A stretch of 61,054 nucleotides of DNA from positions 1-61,054 of the forward strand of contig JAAILG010001841.1 in the NCBI GenBank assembly GCA_012026655.1. The letters are read 5' to 3'. Source of the stretch: Hydrolagus affinis. Lineage: Eukaryota. The notes beneath the pieces were generated by a model, which saw only the letters and a program-made list of their open reading frames with translations, was not told where the DNA came from and ran no database searches. Shown in pieces: positions 49,083 to 61,054 of this stretch (its first letter is position 1; every line of letters starts with the position of its first letter). A program made the position numbers and the translations under genes.

Positions 49083-51200
49083 TTTAATGATGCTTTATAT
49101 CTCAAATATTGTCTATGGTATTCTGTCTGAATAGTGCATGATTTCATTATTGGCTACTTGTCTGATTAACACATTGCCTTATTCACCCTGCAGTTGAGAT
49201 TTAAAAAGGTCTCATCAATGTGCTTAAATGAGATTGGCCAGTAGATCAATTGGTCATTCATTGAATGGCCGTTTGGCAGACCTTGATGGTATAAATGGTT
49301 GCTGTGTTTGTTTCCAAAGTCTTTATAACCCTTAGTAATTCTGATGAGGTGCTTTGAAACACTTTCAAGTTATAAGACGCTATGAAAAAAAGGTAAACTC
49401 TTTCTTACTTACTAAACAGAAATGTGTTGCACACTGAAGCGAAGTGTAAGAAGCATTTTAACAATCCATATTCATCAGCTAATCCTGCAGCAAAAGGTCA
49501 GTTGAGGAAAGCATCTGATATGTTGAGTAGCTGTCCTATCCCATTGTTTCTTGTTGTATATCTTCCATTGATAATTAGATTTCAAACGTATTTCCTCTGG
49601 CTTTGCATTTAATTGTTGTAAATGTCATATCACTGATCATTTCAAATAATTTCTCAATTGTAACAGTTGAAGAGTTCTATGCCCATGTATGCATGGTTGA
49701 GTCACCAAAGAGTGATATCACAATGGAATTGAACATCGTGAACTGGAAAATGATTAAATAAGTGCTCTGGAATTCTCTTCATTTTATTCAATACTATATA
49801 CATATTTCAAACAATTCAATGAAGATTGAAAGTACATTTTGAGCATATGTACTACAAAGTTTAGGAACTGAAAACATTCTTAAAATATAGAATAATAGCC
49901 TGTGCTTTCCACATAAATTCATCAGTTCCTTCATGCATTTTAAATGCTTAGACACTATACATGTTTTTTGTTATGTGGATGATATAAAGAGAGATATTTA
50001 TTCTTATACTGGTGCTTTATGCAGATCTATGCAAATTTCAGATCTGGCTTCTTGAGCACCCATTCAATTTGCTAAAGCATAGGTTTAAGCAAAGGTGAAG
50101 ATAAGTAGGATGGAAATGATTGTAAACTTTATTTTCAGCAAATGCTGGGCATCTTCTAGTTTCAGAGTGTAGTGCAAGCAAATGTGTGAAATGCCTGAGA
50201 TAATTAAAGTGTGGGCAACATCATATGCTGATGCATCCATCAATCCAGTGTGATCAGCCTAACTGATTCATAATTCACTGAGTGCTTACCACACAACCAG
50301 GTTTTAAATTGTATGCCAACTTCCAAGAAAAGTATTTTTTTTCTCTATTAACTAAAATTGAATTCCCTCTGAGTTTATTCTCATTTTATTATGCTTAAAC
50401 CATTTGACGAAATCATACATTTGTTTAAATTTGAAGCTGTGTGTTCAGATAAGGCAAAATGCCATCCATGCATGTTTGATTCTATTTAGTTTGTTTTGAA
50501 GTAGAAATGAAACTGTTGAATTAAAATCTACACATCAGTACTAAAAGTACTGGCAAGACTTATCAATAAGAACTTCCTTATAATAGTTGGTCCTCATGAA
50601 GTCTTAATAGATTGTTAATTTTCATTGTATCCTCTAATAACACCACAGCTACCTTCAGTTAATCAACTGACATGATGAATGGTTTAAGAAACTATGTTGA
50701 GTGGTGAACTACAACAAAAATGAACAATGGCTAACTGTATTGCAAAAGGAAGGTTCGGATGCATCTTTAACAATGTATGATAATGGTGTATATTAAAAAG
50801 TATCAATACAGGAGGGGAATAAATGTTAGTGTAGAGTTTTGCATGGGTGCACATTGATTATCATAAAATGTAAATTATAATGTTCACGTTCATTCATATT
50901 TTCCTGAGCTGTAAACCTGGTGTGTGATGTAACATAATGAATAAAAGGCCAGCTTTTACAGTATGCATTTAGATTTAAAAGTGCAGAACGTACAAAATAA
51001 TGCCACCTTAAATGCATCACTTCAGGCATTTATGTAGTAAAGAAAATTGGGGCAATGTGATCACAAACTGCATCTGTCACTTAATTGTTAACAATGCTTC
51101 ATCTATATATGGGAGTGGGGAACAAATACGACTTGTCAGTGACGCTTGGCATTGTTACTGTTCTTGACTTTTGAATTTTTAGTCAAATAACTTCAAAAGC

Positions 51201-51390
51201 ATAAACGCAAAATACTGCAGATGCTGGGAATCTGAAACAAAAACTGAAATTCGCTGGGAACACTCAGAACTGACAGAAGTTTATGGTTTGACAAAGAGCC
51301 GTGGACCCGAAATGTTGACTCATTTTTCCTTTCTCCATAGATGCTGCCTGACCTGCTGAGTGTTCCCAGTGAATTCTGTTTTTTGTTTCA
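51201..51390. mobile_element. Penelope-like short insertion with inverted-repeat structure and target-site duplication
   Basis: Arms TGAAACAAAAACTGAAATTCGCTGGGAACACTCAG / CTGAGTGTTCCCAGTGAATTCTGTTTTTTGTTTCA; flanking direct repeat ACTTCAAAAGC (51190-51200, 51391-51401). Confidence 0.75.
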
Positions 51391-51832
51391 ACTTCAAAAG
51401 CTTAATTGATACAGTAGTTAAAGTGGGCAGAGTTTTTTTTAATTACTGCCGCATATAAAATCAAGGCAGATTAACGCTAAAAAGAAAAAACTGATGCATC
51501 CATGACACAGATTTAATTATATATTATTGATCCGCTTTTATATTTTCTGTGGATTTACTGTAGTTTGTCTAAGTGTCAGAAATCATAAACTGGCCAGAGG
51601 AGCAAGTAATAAATGATGATCTGAGCTCAAGTCACAGCAAGAGAGAAATGGACAAGTAGGATATCATTAGTGACTCAGTCTCAATGTAAATTATGAGAAT
51701 TTTTAGTTTTCTTTTTGTGGTTAGTTTAAAAATTAAATGTAAATGAAGAGACTACCCTGGACTCTTCCCAACTTCCCTCCACTAATTTCCCAACCAACGC
51801 TGATTACCCACAAGGATCCTAATTGCATTTGG

Positions 51833-51938
51833 CCCACAAAATACACAGTCAATTCATTTTATAGTATATTCTATGAAGTGCTTTGAGACATCTAGAAGTT
51901 GTGAAATGTACTATATCAAATGGAAGGATTATTATTAT
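51833..51938 (+). mobile_element. SINE family A 3' fragment
   Basis: CCCACAAAATACACAGTCAATTCA...ATCAAATGGAAGGATTATTATT. Confidence 0.8.
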
Positions 51939-53621
51939 CTGGGTTTTTCCAAAATTTGGAAAGTAAAATTGATTTCTGTTTCAGTGATGGGTAGTGTGAA
52001 AGTGTTGATTAGAAAATTGTAAGCATAGAGTACAAGATGAGCCACAAGCTATCGACTATGAAAGCTGTTGTTTTTTTTAAATACAACGGAAATGAGCAGA
52101 CGTATAGTGTGAGACAGAAAACAGGCTGTTGGGATACGTGGTATGATATACAAGTGATTTGAAAGACATGACATGGGAAGGGAAACGTTGGGGCGCAGGC
52201 ATGTTAAGAAACCAAGGTTGGAGAACCAGGGGATAGAATGAGTGGAGTGAAGTCAATAAAAGCTTAACAGGCGAAACAGATGTTCTTTTTTCCCATACTT
52301 TCTAATGCCCTTACACCTCCCATTACATAGAAATTTAGTGCAAGAGGGGCATGAACATTGACAACCATCAAATCTTTTGTGCAGAGAAATGAAGTATGAA
52401 AACATACTAACGTACTAAATACTTCCATATGAAGTTTTATGACTTATAATTGCACATAAAAATTAGCAATGAAAATATCCAAAGGGTCAACATAATTAAC
52501 AATAAAAGGTCGTAGAATGTTCATGTATCGATTTAAATATGTTTGTATGTTAACACAATGATAAAAATATGGATTATGTAAACATTATATCCTTAGTTCT
52601 AGGATCCACACATTCAATAATCACAAAATGAAGAGTTTTCTCAGTACTGTATTATGTTATCCTCTGAGCTGGGTACATAACATTTCAGTCAAGGGAAATG
52701 GACCCATTCAACTGGGTGTCCATAAATGGGTACCTTGTTTACCCGTTGGCTGTAAAAGATTCACTTTCTGAATCATATTGTTGCATCTCTTTATGTCTTT
52801 GACTTGTATGAGGTACATATGGGCACAAGTCAAGGGTCTTCATCAGCTTATGGAGCAACTGCTCGAATTAAAGGCTTCCTCTTCCTTTGTTTATGAACTT
52901 GGGTTGTATTTAATTTGCTCTCGCTGACTGGCGTGAAGTACAGATGGAGAAAACATCCAGTCTGATGTTCCTCTAACAAAAGAGGAAGACTAAAAATAGA
53001 AGATTTTTTTTCGCAGAAAGAAATAGCATTGGCATATACAAAATGTATTAGGCCCCCATCTTCCTGAATACTTGCACTGTGAATACTTACACTGTCAAGG
53101 GGATGAACTGACCTTCCTTATTTTGTGGAAGTCCAACCCTGAAAATCAAAATGCAAGATTATATTTTTCTGACTTAACACCATAACCACTTCCTCATCAA
53201 AAAGTCTCAAACAAAAGACTGTCAAGATAAAGCACAGTTTGCAATTAAGTAACAAAATGTACAAGTCAGTAGGGTGGGGATTTTGTCAGGATGAGATCAA
53301 ATGAGCCAAACGGCCTGCTATACTTTGTCCAAACCTCTCATGATCTTGTACAGTTTCCAGTATAGTTCAACACATTAGACCATACCAGTCTCTGGATTGG
53401 AAAGTTTTTGCAAAAATACATTTCCTTCCCAGCAATTACAACCTTCAAAAAGAAAGCTGGTTTTCTAGATCATGGAAACTGGCCAACTGGTATGTAACAT
53501 TTCTAATCCTGTACTTAAAAGGTTCTGAAGCTTTCTCTCTCTCTCTCTCTAAATGTTTCACAAATTCATTCATAAATGGAATTTATGATTTCCACAAATC
53601 TGTCAGGATCTCAGTCGGTGA

Positions 53622-53659
53622 TCACGTTATGTCTTGCGATTGCTCAAACTGCAGAGTTT
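53622..53659 (-). CDS. MCF2: MCF2 candidate terminal coding exon
   Basis: Strong acceptor tgtttttgtttcttttcgtag|; phase-1 join gives (E)TLQFEQSQDIT*. Confidence 0.6.
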
Positions 53660-54239
53660 CTACGAAAAGAAACAAAAACAGGAAACTGCAAGTTCTGTAC
53701 AGTACAATGTTAAGATTGTGAGAAGCACTGATTATCTGGCCAGGCTACTAACTGCGTGCTATGAAATGATGTAACTGCTATATTTTCATTCATGCAATGG
53801 TACGACCCAGATTAAAGCCTATCATTCCTGTACAGCAAGTTTGTGAAAAGAGGGTGGGGGCAGGGAGGAACAGGGAGATAGATGAATGGTTCCCCACCAA
53901 GAGACATATGGAACCAAGATGTCACCCCACCTTAAGGCACTCCAAACCCACCTCGAGTAGGTAAAGAACAGGGATTTAAAAAAAATTACTTTCTGAAGAA
54001 ATGTTACATCTGACAATATACTCCACCTGCTCTACTTTCAGGTACAAATAAGGCCACTTCCTGTTTCTAGACATGACTGCTCTGATTTTTTTTATAAACA
54101 CAATCTCGGCGTTTTACTTTCCTGTGGGATTCAGTTTTCCTTTGAAATACAAACTGCTATTGCGTATGTGAAATTTCAGTCCAAGGTCAAATCACAAAAT
54201 TGTAAGATAACAGCTCTCTCTCTGTGTTTCTCTCCTTAC

Positions 54240-54340
54240 CCGAAGAGCCAGGGCCTTGAGATTTACAGTCGCCAACAATAATCTGTAAATTGTGGACCGA
54301 AATCCAGGCTTGCTGTCCTCGGTTCAGGTTTTTCACAAAC
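54240..54340 (-). CDS. MCF2: MCF2 exon, SH3 second half
   Basis: aag|(W)FVKNLNRGQQAWISVHNLQIIVGDCKSQGPGSS|gtaagg; phase 2-1. Confidence 0.85.
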
Positions 54341-54803
54341 CTTTGAACATTGCAAAGTACATGTCATTTTTTGATTAGTTCCATTGAGCTGTATTTAAGT
54401 GTGAGATAAGTTTCAGTAAAGTTATAAATGTTTATTTTCATCATAGTATTACCCATAGGGTGACTCAAGCTTTTCTGGTTTGCATGACATACAATAGCTT
54501 GCCTCATTTTTTTTTGTTTGCATCCTGTATAAATACATTGCTATTATTTATACCTCCTTCCTCTCGATTAATATCTGGATTGCAGCAGCTTTCTCTAAGG
54601 CTGCAATACCAAACTGCAGTGAGTCAATAAAGAGTAATTTAGTTTGATCAGTGAAGTGATTCCTATAATGCTTTTCACCAGGTTGAAGGAATAATTTTTC
54701 CAGGGCCCTGGCCAAATGCCAGTAAAAGAAAAAAAGGCAATGCTGTTGTGAATACTATTATAAAGAAAATTGAAACTCACTCTCTCCTATTAGAATTATT
54801 GTT

Positions 54804-55100
54804 AGGCCTATAGTTCAGCAGTTAGAGCACTTGACTTAAAAGCGAGAGACCTGGGTTCAATTCCAGGCAGGGCAAAACCTTGGGCAAGTTTCCTTACTTC
54901 ACACGCCTAATAATAATTCCTCAAAAAATACATTGATCATTTCAATCTACAACTATTTGTGGGACACTGCTGTGCGCAACTGGCTGCCACATTTTGCCCA
55001 GATATATACAGCCAATTTACTTGATAGTATATTTTCTGAAGCATTTTGAGATGTCTAGAAGACATGAAAAGCGCTATATCAAATGCAAGGATTATTTTTA
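54804..55100 (+). mobile_element. SINE family A, full length
   Basis: TAGTTCAGCAGTTAGAGCAC head; AGCGCTATATCAAATGCAAGGATTAT tail. Confidence 0.9.
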
Positions 55101-55676
55101 TCTATATGGATAATATATTCAAATCAAAATGAGCTAAGATGTCTTACAAGCTGTAACAATATATATTTTTTACAAATGTAATTTTGTGGTGTGTATAGAA
55201 GAGAAAAGGAAGTGTCCCAAAAGTTGCACCATAAACACTGATAAGATGCTCAAATCCAAAGTTACAATCTGAATTGTATGATTTGTATTGTGATTTATTA
55301 AATTCAAACCACACATTTATTCTATGTCCTGTAGTTAATTAGTAAATTATTTTTTTAAATTCAATCTTTAATCCATTTAACTGACAAGCTGGAGGAAGTC
55401 TGCCTGTACGTTACATATTACACATGTTACAATCAAGGCTGCTGCACAATTTCTAAGGTTATTCTCTCTCTCTGAGCTGTTCCAGATCCTTTTTACAAAG
55501 CTTCTCCATATCTCTTAACGCCCAAGACTTTCCAAGTACTTACTTATCTTTCTCTTAAGCATCTCAATTCTGCACCCATGGCATTTCACATTTTCATATG
55601 GCTTTCCTAGGTACATTTGTATTTTATTTAGCTCGAGTTTTAACATTCTGTTTCTGAATCTGCCAGCCAAACTTAC

Positions 55677-55789
55677 CATTGCCCCTCACCATCTTCATTC
55701 ACCAACTGCACCGGGTCCCCTCTTTTTATTAACAGTTCTTCAGAATCTCCTTTTTTACAGTCTGACTGAGTTTTGTACTTTCCAGGGGA
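55677..55789 (-). CDS. MCF2: MCF2 exon, SH3 first half
   Basis: tag|SPGKYKTQSDCKKGDSEELLIKRGDPVQLVNEDGEGQ(W)|gtaagt; phase 0-2. Confidence 0.88.
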
Positions 55790-56139
55790 CTATAAGCAAA
55801 GAGAGAATTTTTGTTTAAAAAAATTGCATTTGCAAATTGTTATAAATGGAAACATACAATTGGCTGCAGATTTACTGAAACAACACAAGCTTTAGCATTA
55901 TTTATGATTTGTATAGGAATTATATCGTCCTGTTACTCTTTAGAATACTTGATCCAATATAATATTTAATTGGAAATTTCTGTTCAAACCTTGAAATGTT
56001 CTTAAGATCCCCAATGTTTATATATATACTGTACTTAAAACGTGGTTGAAACATTTCTGTAGTCTTAACTACTTGAGTACAAAAGCTACGATTTACATAA
56101 GTATTTTTCAGGGGGGTTTTATTGCATGTAAATTGAATT

Positions 56140-56477
56140 GGAGCTCCTGTGGCTCAGTGGTTAGAGCACTTGTCTTGCAAGCTGGGGAGACCAAGCTGGG
56201 GAGACCTGTGTTCAAATCCAGGTAGGTCAGGGCAAAACCTTGGGCAAGTTTCCTTACTCCACACGCCTAATAATAATCCCTCCAAAAAAAAAACACAATA
56301 ATAAAATTGGTCATTTCAATCCACGACTATTTGTGGGACACTGCTGTGCACAATTAGCTGCCGCAATTCGTCCACAAATATACAGTCAATTCACTTTACA
56401 GTATATTCTGTGAAGCGCTTTGGGATGTCGATAAGATGTGAAAAGCGCTATATCAAATGCAAGGATTATTATTATTA
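56140..56477 (+). mobile_element. SINE family A, full length, with internal 14-bp duplication
   Basis: GGAGCTCCTGTGGCTCAGTGGTTAGAGC head; AAGCTGGGGAGACC twice; (TTA)n tail. Confidence 0.92.
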
Positions 56478-56765
56478 TAATTGCTGAGGAGGCTCAAAGA
56501 GCTGTAGAACAAATATTTGCAAACTGGATAATTTTACTTATAGCTTTGAAAAACCCTAATCACCCATCAGGGAGCTGAGAAAAATCATTAAATGAATGAA
56601 AAAAACAACAAATTAAGTTGCTTTTTCCCTGCAAAGTGTAATGCTACAAAGATTATATTAATGGGTGCTATTTCGAGGAGGTAATTGTAATTAATGTCAG
56701 TCGATTTAGTGTTAATGGAAACTCCTGCAACAACCAACAGCATTAACCCAGGACTAATGAGAACC

Positions 56766-57631
56766 ACAACAACAAAATGACGTTTATATAGCGCCTTTCA
56801 CATCGGGAGGATATCTCATAGTGCTGAACAGTCAGGTCGGGACCTGAGCAGGTTGGGGGGGTGGTGGGGGGACGATCGGGGTGGGGGAAGGGGAAGGAGA
56901 GTGGGAGAGGGGGAAGTTAGGGGGCAGCTGAAGGCACAATCGAAGAGGAAGGTCTTGAGACTGGCCTTGAAGGAGGAAAGGGAGGAAGCAAGGCGGAGGG
57001 ACTGCGGGATGGAGTTCCATAATTTGGGTGCAGAGAGGCTGAAAGCCCGGCCACCGATGGTTGGGTGGTTAGGGCAGTGGACATGGAGCAGGCCTGAGTC
57101 TGCTGAATGGAGGGGATGGGCAGGTTGATAGGGAGACAGCAGGTCAGAGAGATAGGCAGGGGCAAGGCCGTGAATGGCCTTGAAAGTGAGGACGAGGATC
57201 TTGAATTCGATTCTCTGGGGGATAGAGAGCCAGTGGAGACGGGCGAGGGTGGGAGTGATGTCCCAAAGCCTGGTGCGGGAGAGTACACGAGCTGCAGAAT
57301 TCTGAATGATCTACAGCCTGTGAAGGGAGGAGCTGGGAAGGCTGACGAGGAGAGAGTTCCAGTAGTTGAGCCTGGAGGTGATAAAGTCGTGAATGAGGGT
57401 TTCGGTGGCTTGTGGGGGTGAGATAGTGGCAGAGTCTGGCAATATTGTGGAGGTAATGGAAGGCTGTGCCGGTCATGGAGCGGATGTGGGGGAGGAAGAA
57501 TAGTTCGGGGTTGAACAAGACGCCCAGATTCCTGATTGGCTTCGAGAGGTGGAGAGAGCAGCCTTGAACGCTGATGTTGTCAGCGCCTGAGGTGCAGAGG
57601 CACTGACGTGAGCCAATCAGGAGGGCCTCCA
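56766..57631 (-). mobile_element. L2 LINE 3' fragment (ORF2 C-terminus plus tail)
   Basis: EALLIG...IRNLGVLF...AFHYLHNIARL, then frameshifted IQNSAARVL...LHWL..IEFKILVLTFKA.HGLAPAYLSDLL; (GTT)n tail. Confidence 0.93.
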
Positions 57632-58328
57632 TCAGGAGAGCCCCATACTTAAGAAGCTATCCAGTCTCTGGATCCTGATATAATAGTGGAATGTGAAACT
57701 ATCTGTGGAGAAAGTTGTGACACACAAGTGAAGAATGCATCAATTATCATTTTGGAGACTATCATGAACGATACCAGCACATTCCCTGTAGTAGAGGGTA
57801 TCCCTAGGCATGTGAACAAGCTCTAAAGGATATTAATGCTGTCTGAAAGATTTGGAGGAAATGCCAGGAGTTTCAAAAGAAGGAGCGAAGATTGAAGAAA
57901 AATATGAAGGATTAACCTCAGACCACAGGACATGCTAAGGAAAATAGATCTGGAAATGATAGACTGAGGAGAGCTGTGCCAATAGGAAACTGTAAATAAT
58001 ATGGCAAGCAAGATAATAAATATGGAAAGAGCAAATGGGAATCTTCATGAATTCATATGATAAGAGAATTAATGTCTTACATTATTGTAATCATTGGGCT
58101 GAAGCGATGCATTTCAATCCCTACCACTACCAAAGGTGGAACTAATACATGATAGGTCACAATAGGCAACATAACCTGAACTCTAGCTATGAAACATCTC
58201 GAGCATATCAAGTCGCTCTAGTAGCTGTATTAAAAGCATAGTACAGTACTTGGAGGAGATACTGTATTTAGACTAAGAAATAAATGTAAGTTTAATAAAT
58301 TGGATGTGGGTGTGAATCGATCACTGAC

Positions 58329-58423
58329 CAGCTGGTTCACATCTTCCTCTTCAGTGTCATTATTACTGGACAAGTCATCGTTTCCCTCGGAGGCCTCAGT
58401 AAAACGCGATGTCCCAGCCCAGT
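58329..58423 (-). CDS. MCF2: MCF2 exon, acidic linker
   Basis: cag|(D)WAGTSRFTEASEGNDDLSSNNDTEEEDVNQL|gtcagt; phase 1-0. Confidence 0.85.
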
Positions 58424-58897
58424 CTGTGTAAGCAGGAACAAACCAGAATGAAATTCACAGAAATGAAAAAGGGAATCAGAAAATACCGTAAATAAGCAAC
58501 CTGAAAGTGAATGCCTAATTAAAGTCACGGATTGAGTCCCTCTTTGGAACAGAACAAAGGGCGATTGTTTTAGGAGATTAATAATCCTTGCATTTTGATT
58601 TAGTGCCTTTAAGTACTCTGAGATGCTACCCCATGTGAAATGTGCTATAAAAATGTAAGTTGTTGCTTGTTTCAACCCCCAGTAAGACATCTCAAAGTTT
58701 CATGGGATGCAAAGTGTATTGACTATGTATTGACTGTGTATTGCCGAGGTGATGGGTAATTCAATAGCACTTGCCTTTCCCTTTCTACAGTGAATCAAAA
58801 TAATCGCTGGCCCTCCCAGCATTGCCCACATCTAGAACTAGATTTAGCTTCTTGCTCACTTTCTAGTAATAGTTCTAGATAAAATGAAAATGTATTT

Positions 58898-59402
58898 CAA
58901 CAACAACTTCGATTTATATAGCACCTTCCATGCCAGACAGTGTCTCAGAGCCAGGGGCAGAAAGGTGACCAAAGGCGCGGTCGAAAAGAAAGGTCTTCAG
59001 TTGGGACCTGAAGCTGAGAAAAGAGGGGGCGAGGCGAAGGTAGTGAGGAAGGGAATTCCAGTGCCTCGGGGCATAGTGGTTGAAGGCACGGCCGCAGAGG
59101 GTGGAGCGGAGGATTCGGGGGACATGGAGGAGGCCAGACCCAGTGGAGCGAAGGCAACTGGTGCTGGTTTGAGGAGAGAGGAGGTCAGAGGTAGGAGGGT
59201 ACAGAGGATATGAAGACAAGGGTGAGGATCTTGAAGTCGTCCTCTCTGGGATAGGGAGCCAGTGAAGTCTGGCAAGGACTGGGGTAATGGGGGAGCGAAG
59301 TTTGGTGCAGGTGAGAATGCGGGTGGCAGAGTTCTGAGTGAGCTGGACTCTGTGGATTGTGGAGGAGGGGAGACCGGCGAGGAGGGCATTGGAATAGTCA
59401 GC
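58898..59402 (-). mobile_element. L2 LINE 3' fragment (second family)
   Basis: RSTGSGLLHVP...GRAFNHYAPRHWNSLP...FRSQLKTFLFDRAF; CAACAACAAC tail on +. Confidence 0.92.
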
Positions 59403-59467
59403 TGAACACCATAGCTCTAGGATTATTACGGGTGGGGTTGAAAACTGCCATATATTTAAACTATAGC

Positions 59468-59745
59468 ATTCACTGCATTTGACGTAGAGCTTTTTGCGTC
59501 TTCTAGACGCTCAAAGCGCTTCACAAAATATACTGTAAAGTGAACTTCTGGGCTGAACGCGGCAGCCAATTGCACACCGGTGTCCCACAAACAGTCGTGG
59601 AGTGACCAATTTATTATTATTTTTTCAAGGGATTATTATCAGGCGTGTGGAGTAAGGAAACTTTCCCACGATTTCGCCCTGCCTGGAATTGAACCCAGGT
59701 GTCTCTTGCAAGGCGAGTGTTCTAACCATTGAGCGACAGTAGTCC
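59468..59745 (-). mobile_element. SINE family A, near full length
   Basis: Matches the reverse complement of other copies from TGCATTTGA to CTAACCATTGAGCGACAG. Confidence 0.88.
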
Positions 59746-60138
59746 ATAAAATCTTCATGAAAACTTTACGCATAACATGGCTTGGGTGGATATTGTATCA
59801 ATGCATTACTGAATATTTCTTCTCTAAAAATAGTTCTGTTAAGTTTTAAGAACAAAAGCTTTAGAAATGCAGCACCCACTGGCCCCTACATTAAACTTTA
59901 TCCTGGCAGCCAACCCAGGCAGGAGGACTGAGTGAAGATTTTCAGAACAAGCTGTTCTTGACAGTGACAGGAATGCAGCCTGGTTAGAACGCCCCAAAAC
60001 CACACCTACGCAAACACAAGTAATAAAGCTTTATTTGCAAATAAAAGAAAACATGACATTCTGATTGTGCTAGATTGCAACCTAAAGATAATCAAGGTGA
60101 TTTAAGAGCAGCTCTAGAAACTTGTTGGAAAGCAATAC

Positions 60139-60245
60139 CTTTTCGTGGTGAAAGATTTGGTGAAAAAACTATGTTTTCTAAAACCACTGGACTTGGAAGG
60201 TCAGAGTCATTTTCCTCTGAACTCAAAGAGGCCCTCTTTTGCTTT
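60139..60245 (-). CDS. MCF2: MCF2 exon, Ser-rich linker
   Basis: cag|(G)KQKRASLSSEENDSDLPSPVVLENIVFSPNLSPRK|gtattg; phase 2-1. Confidence 0.85.
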
Positions 60246-60356
60246 CTGTAGAAAATCAATTATATAAAAAAAACAATTAGATGAGTCAGAAAGGAATATG
60301 TAAGAGCTTGTAAGTTTACACTTGGAAACAATTTAGACTTTGGGCACTGCACATTT

Positions 60357-60409
60357 TTCTGTCTGTCCGTCTGTCTGTCTCTCTCTCTCTCTCTCACAAT
60401 GTCTCTCTC
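60357..60409. repeat. (TCTG)n/(CT)n microsatellite
   Basis: tctgtctgtccgtctgtctgtctctctctctctctctc. Confidence 0.85.
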
Positions 60410-60516
60410 AAACAGAGCATGCAAACCTAATGTAATATTGATTGGATTTGTCTCATTGCTTTGCAAGGCAAACACTGCAACTGGCATTTGATTTTTGTGG
60501 ACTGTTTAAGACTTAC

Positions 60517-60568
60517 CCTGGAGACAGCAAAATCTGATCTGAAACCTGATGATGCAGCGTGCTGTCTT
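60517..60568 (-). CDS. MCF2: MCF2 exon, likely following the PH domain
   Basis: cag|DSTLHHQVSDQILLSP(G)|gtaagt; phase 1-2 compatible with the next exon. Confidence 0.75.
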
Positions 60569-60912
60569 CTGTAAATGAGATATTGTCAAGTGATTACTAA
60601 GCAGTGGAATAATTGTACCCAATTTGTACATTCCCAAATTAATCTGTGTCCCAGACTTCAGGTTCAGTAAAATTATAATTACTCTGCGAGAGGGGGAAAA
60701 AAAGTTCCAACTATTCTAACAGAGCCCTTGTTTTAGATCTAAAACTAGAATTCTGAACTTTTGGTTCTTTAGGTAGTTTCGTTTCTCATTGTTCCAGGAG
60801 TCCACCAATTATACTCTATAAGCACAAGGGCATGTGTCAGCAGATCCTTTCAAATTCCATTCCATGCACCTTCTACACCTAATGGTTACTGACACCTCCC
60901 TTTGAATGTCTA

Positions 60913-61054
60913 CCGTATATCTCCGCGTATAAGGCGCACCCGCGTATAAGGCGCACCCCCCACTTTTGACTTTTTCTTGGTGAAAAAAAAACGGAAGCAT
61001 TTTCGATGATATTGCCGGCAGAATGGAGGAGAGACAGGTAGGTAGGGAGAGAGA
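60913..61054. mobile_element. Left end of a Tc2/pogo-like (CCGTA-type TIR) DNA transposon or MITE
   Basis: TA|CCGTATATCTCCGCGTATAAGGCGCACCCGCGTATAAGGCGCACC: TA target plus tandem subterminal repeat; the other end is outside the window. Confidence 0.65.

Larger units (their letters stand above)
53622..60568 (-). other. MCF2: Gene span (3' part): MCF2/Dbl-family Rho guanine nucleotide exchange factor; continues beyond the window
   Basis: Six phase-compatible GT-AG exons encoding a post-PH Ser/acidic linker and an SH3 domain typical of Dbl/Dbs proteins; convergent with F9 as at the mammalian F9-MCF2 locus. Confidence 0.82.

Noticed and set aside
56832-57632. Cluster of overlapping ORFs as a novel gene (also 58884-59389 and 19173-19594)
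   Set aside because: Frameshifted L2/CR1 ORF2 remnants and their antisense shadows

Overview
Vertebrate genomic DNA, most likely a cartilaginous fish and probably a holocephalan. That is inferred from the tRNA/L2-tailed SINE family, the DeuSINE, CR1, L2 and Penelope relics, and the compact introns. Three intron-containing genes were reconstructed by hand from splice sites and reading-frame phase. (1) A complete 29-exon tripeptidyl-peptidase II gene on + (8964-38828; 3723 nt CDS, 1240 aa) with a CpG-island promoter and intact D44/H264/S449 triad. (2) A complete 8-exon Gla-EGF-EGF-serine protease gene on + (41904-48061; 487 aa), best called coagulation factor IX. It carries several FX/FVII-like features and a tandem-repeat-expanded activation peptide. 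(3) The last six coding exons of an MCF2/Dbl-family RhoGEF on - (53622-60568), including an SH3 domain, tail-to-tail with F9; none of these exons appears in the ORF track. The main finding is the gene order TPP2> F9> <MCF2. F9><MCF2 marks the FGF13 (human Xq27) paralogon, whereas canonical TPP2 sits beside FGF14 (human 13q33). Together with its divergent sequence, this suggests a second, whole-genome-duplication-derived TPP2 paralogue that mammals lack. The rest of the window is introns and intergenic DNA with SINEs, L2/CR1 fragments, a deleted Tigger, pogo-type MITEs, hAT non-autonomous elements and Penelope-derived hammerhead relics. All comparisons to human proteins are from memory, not from database searches.
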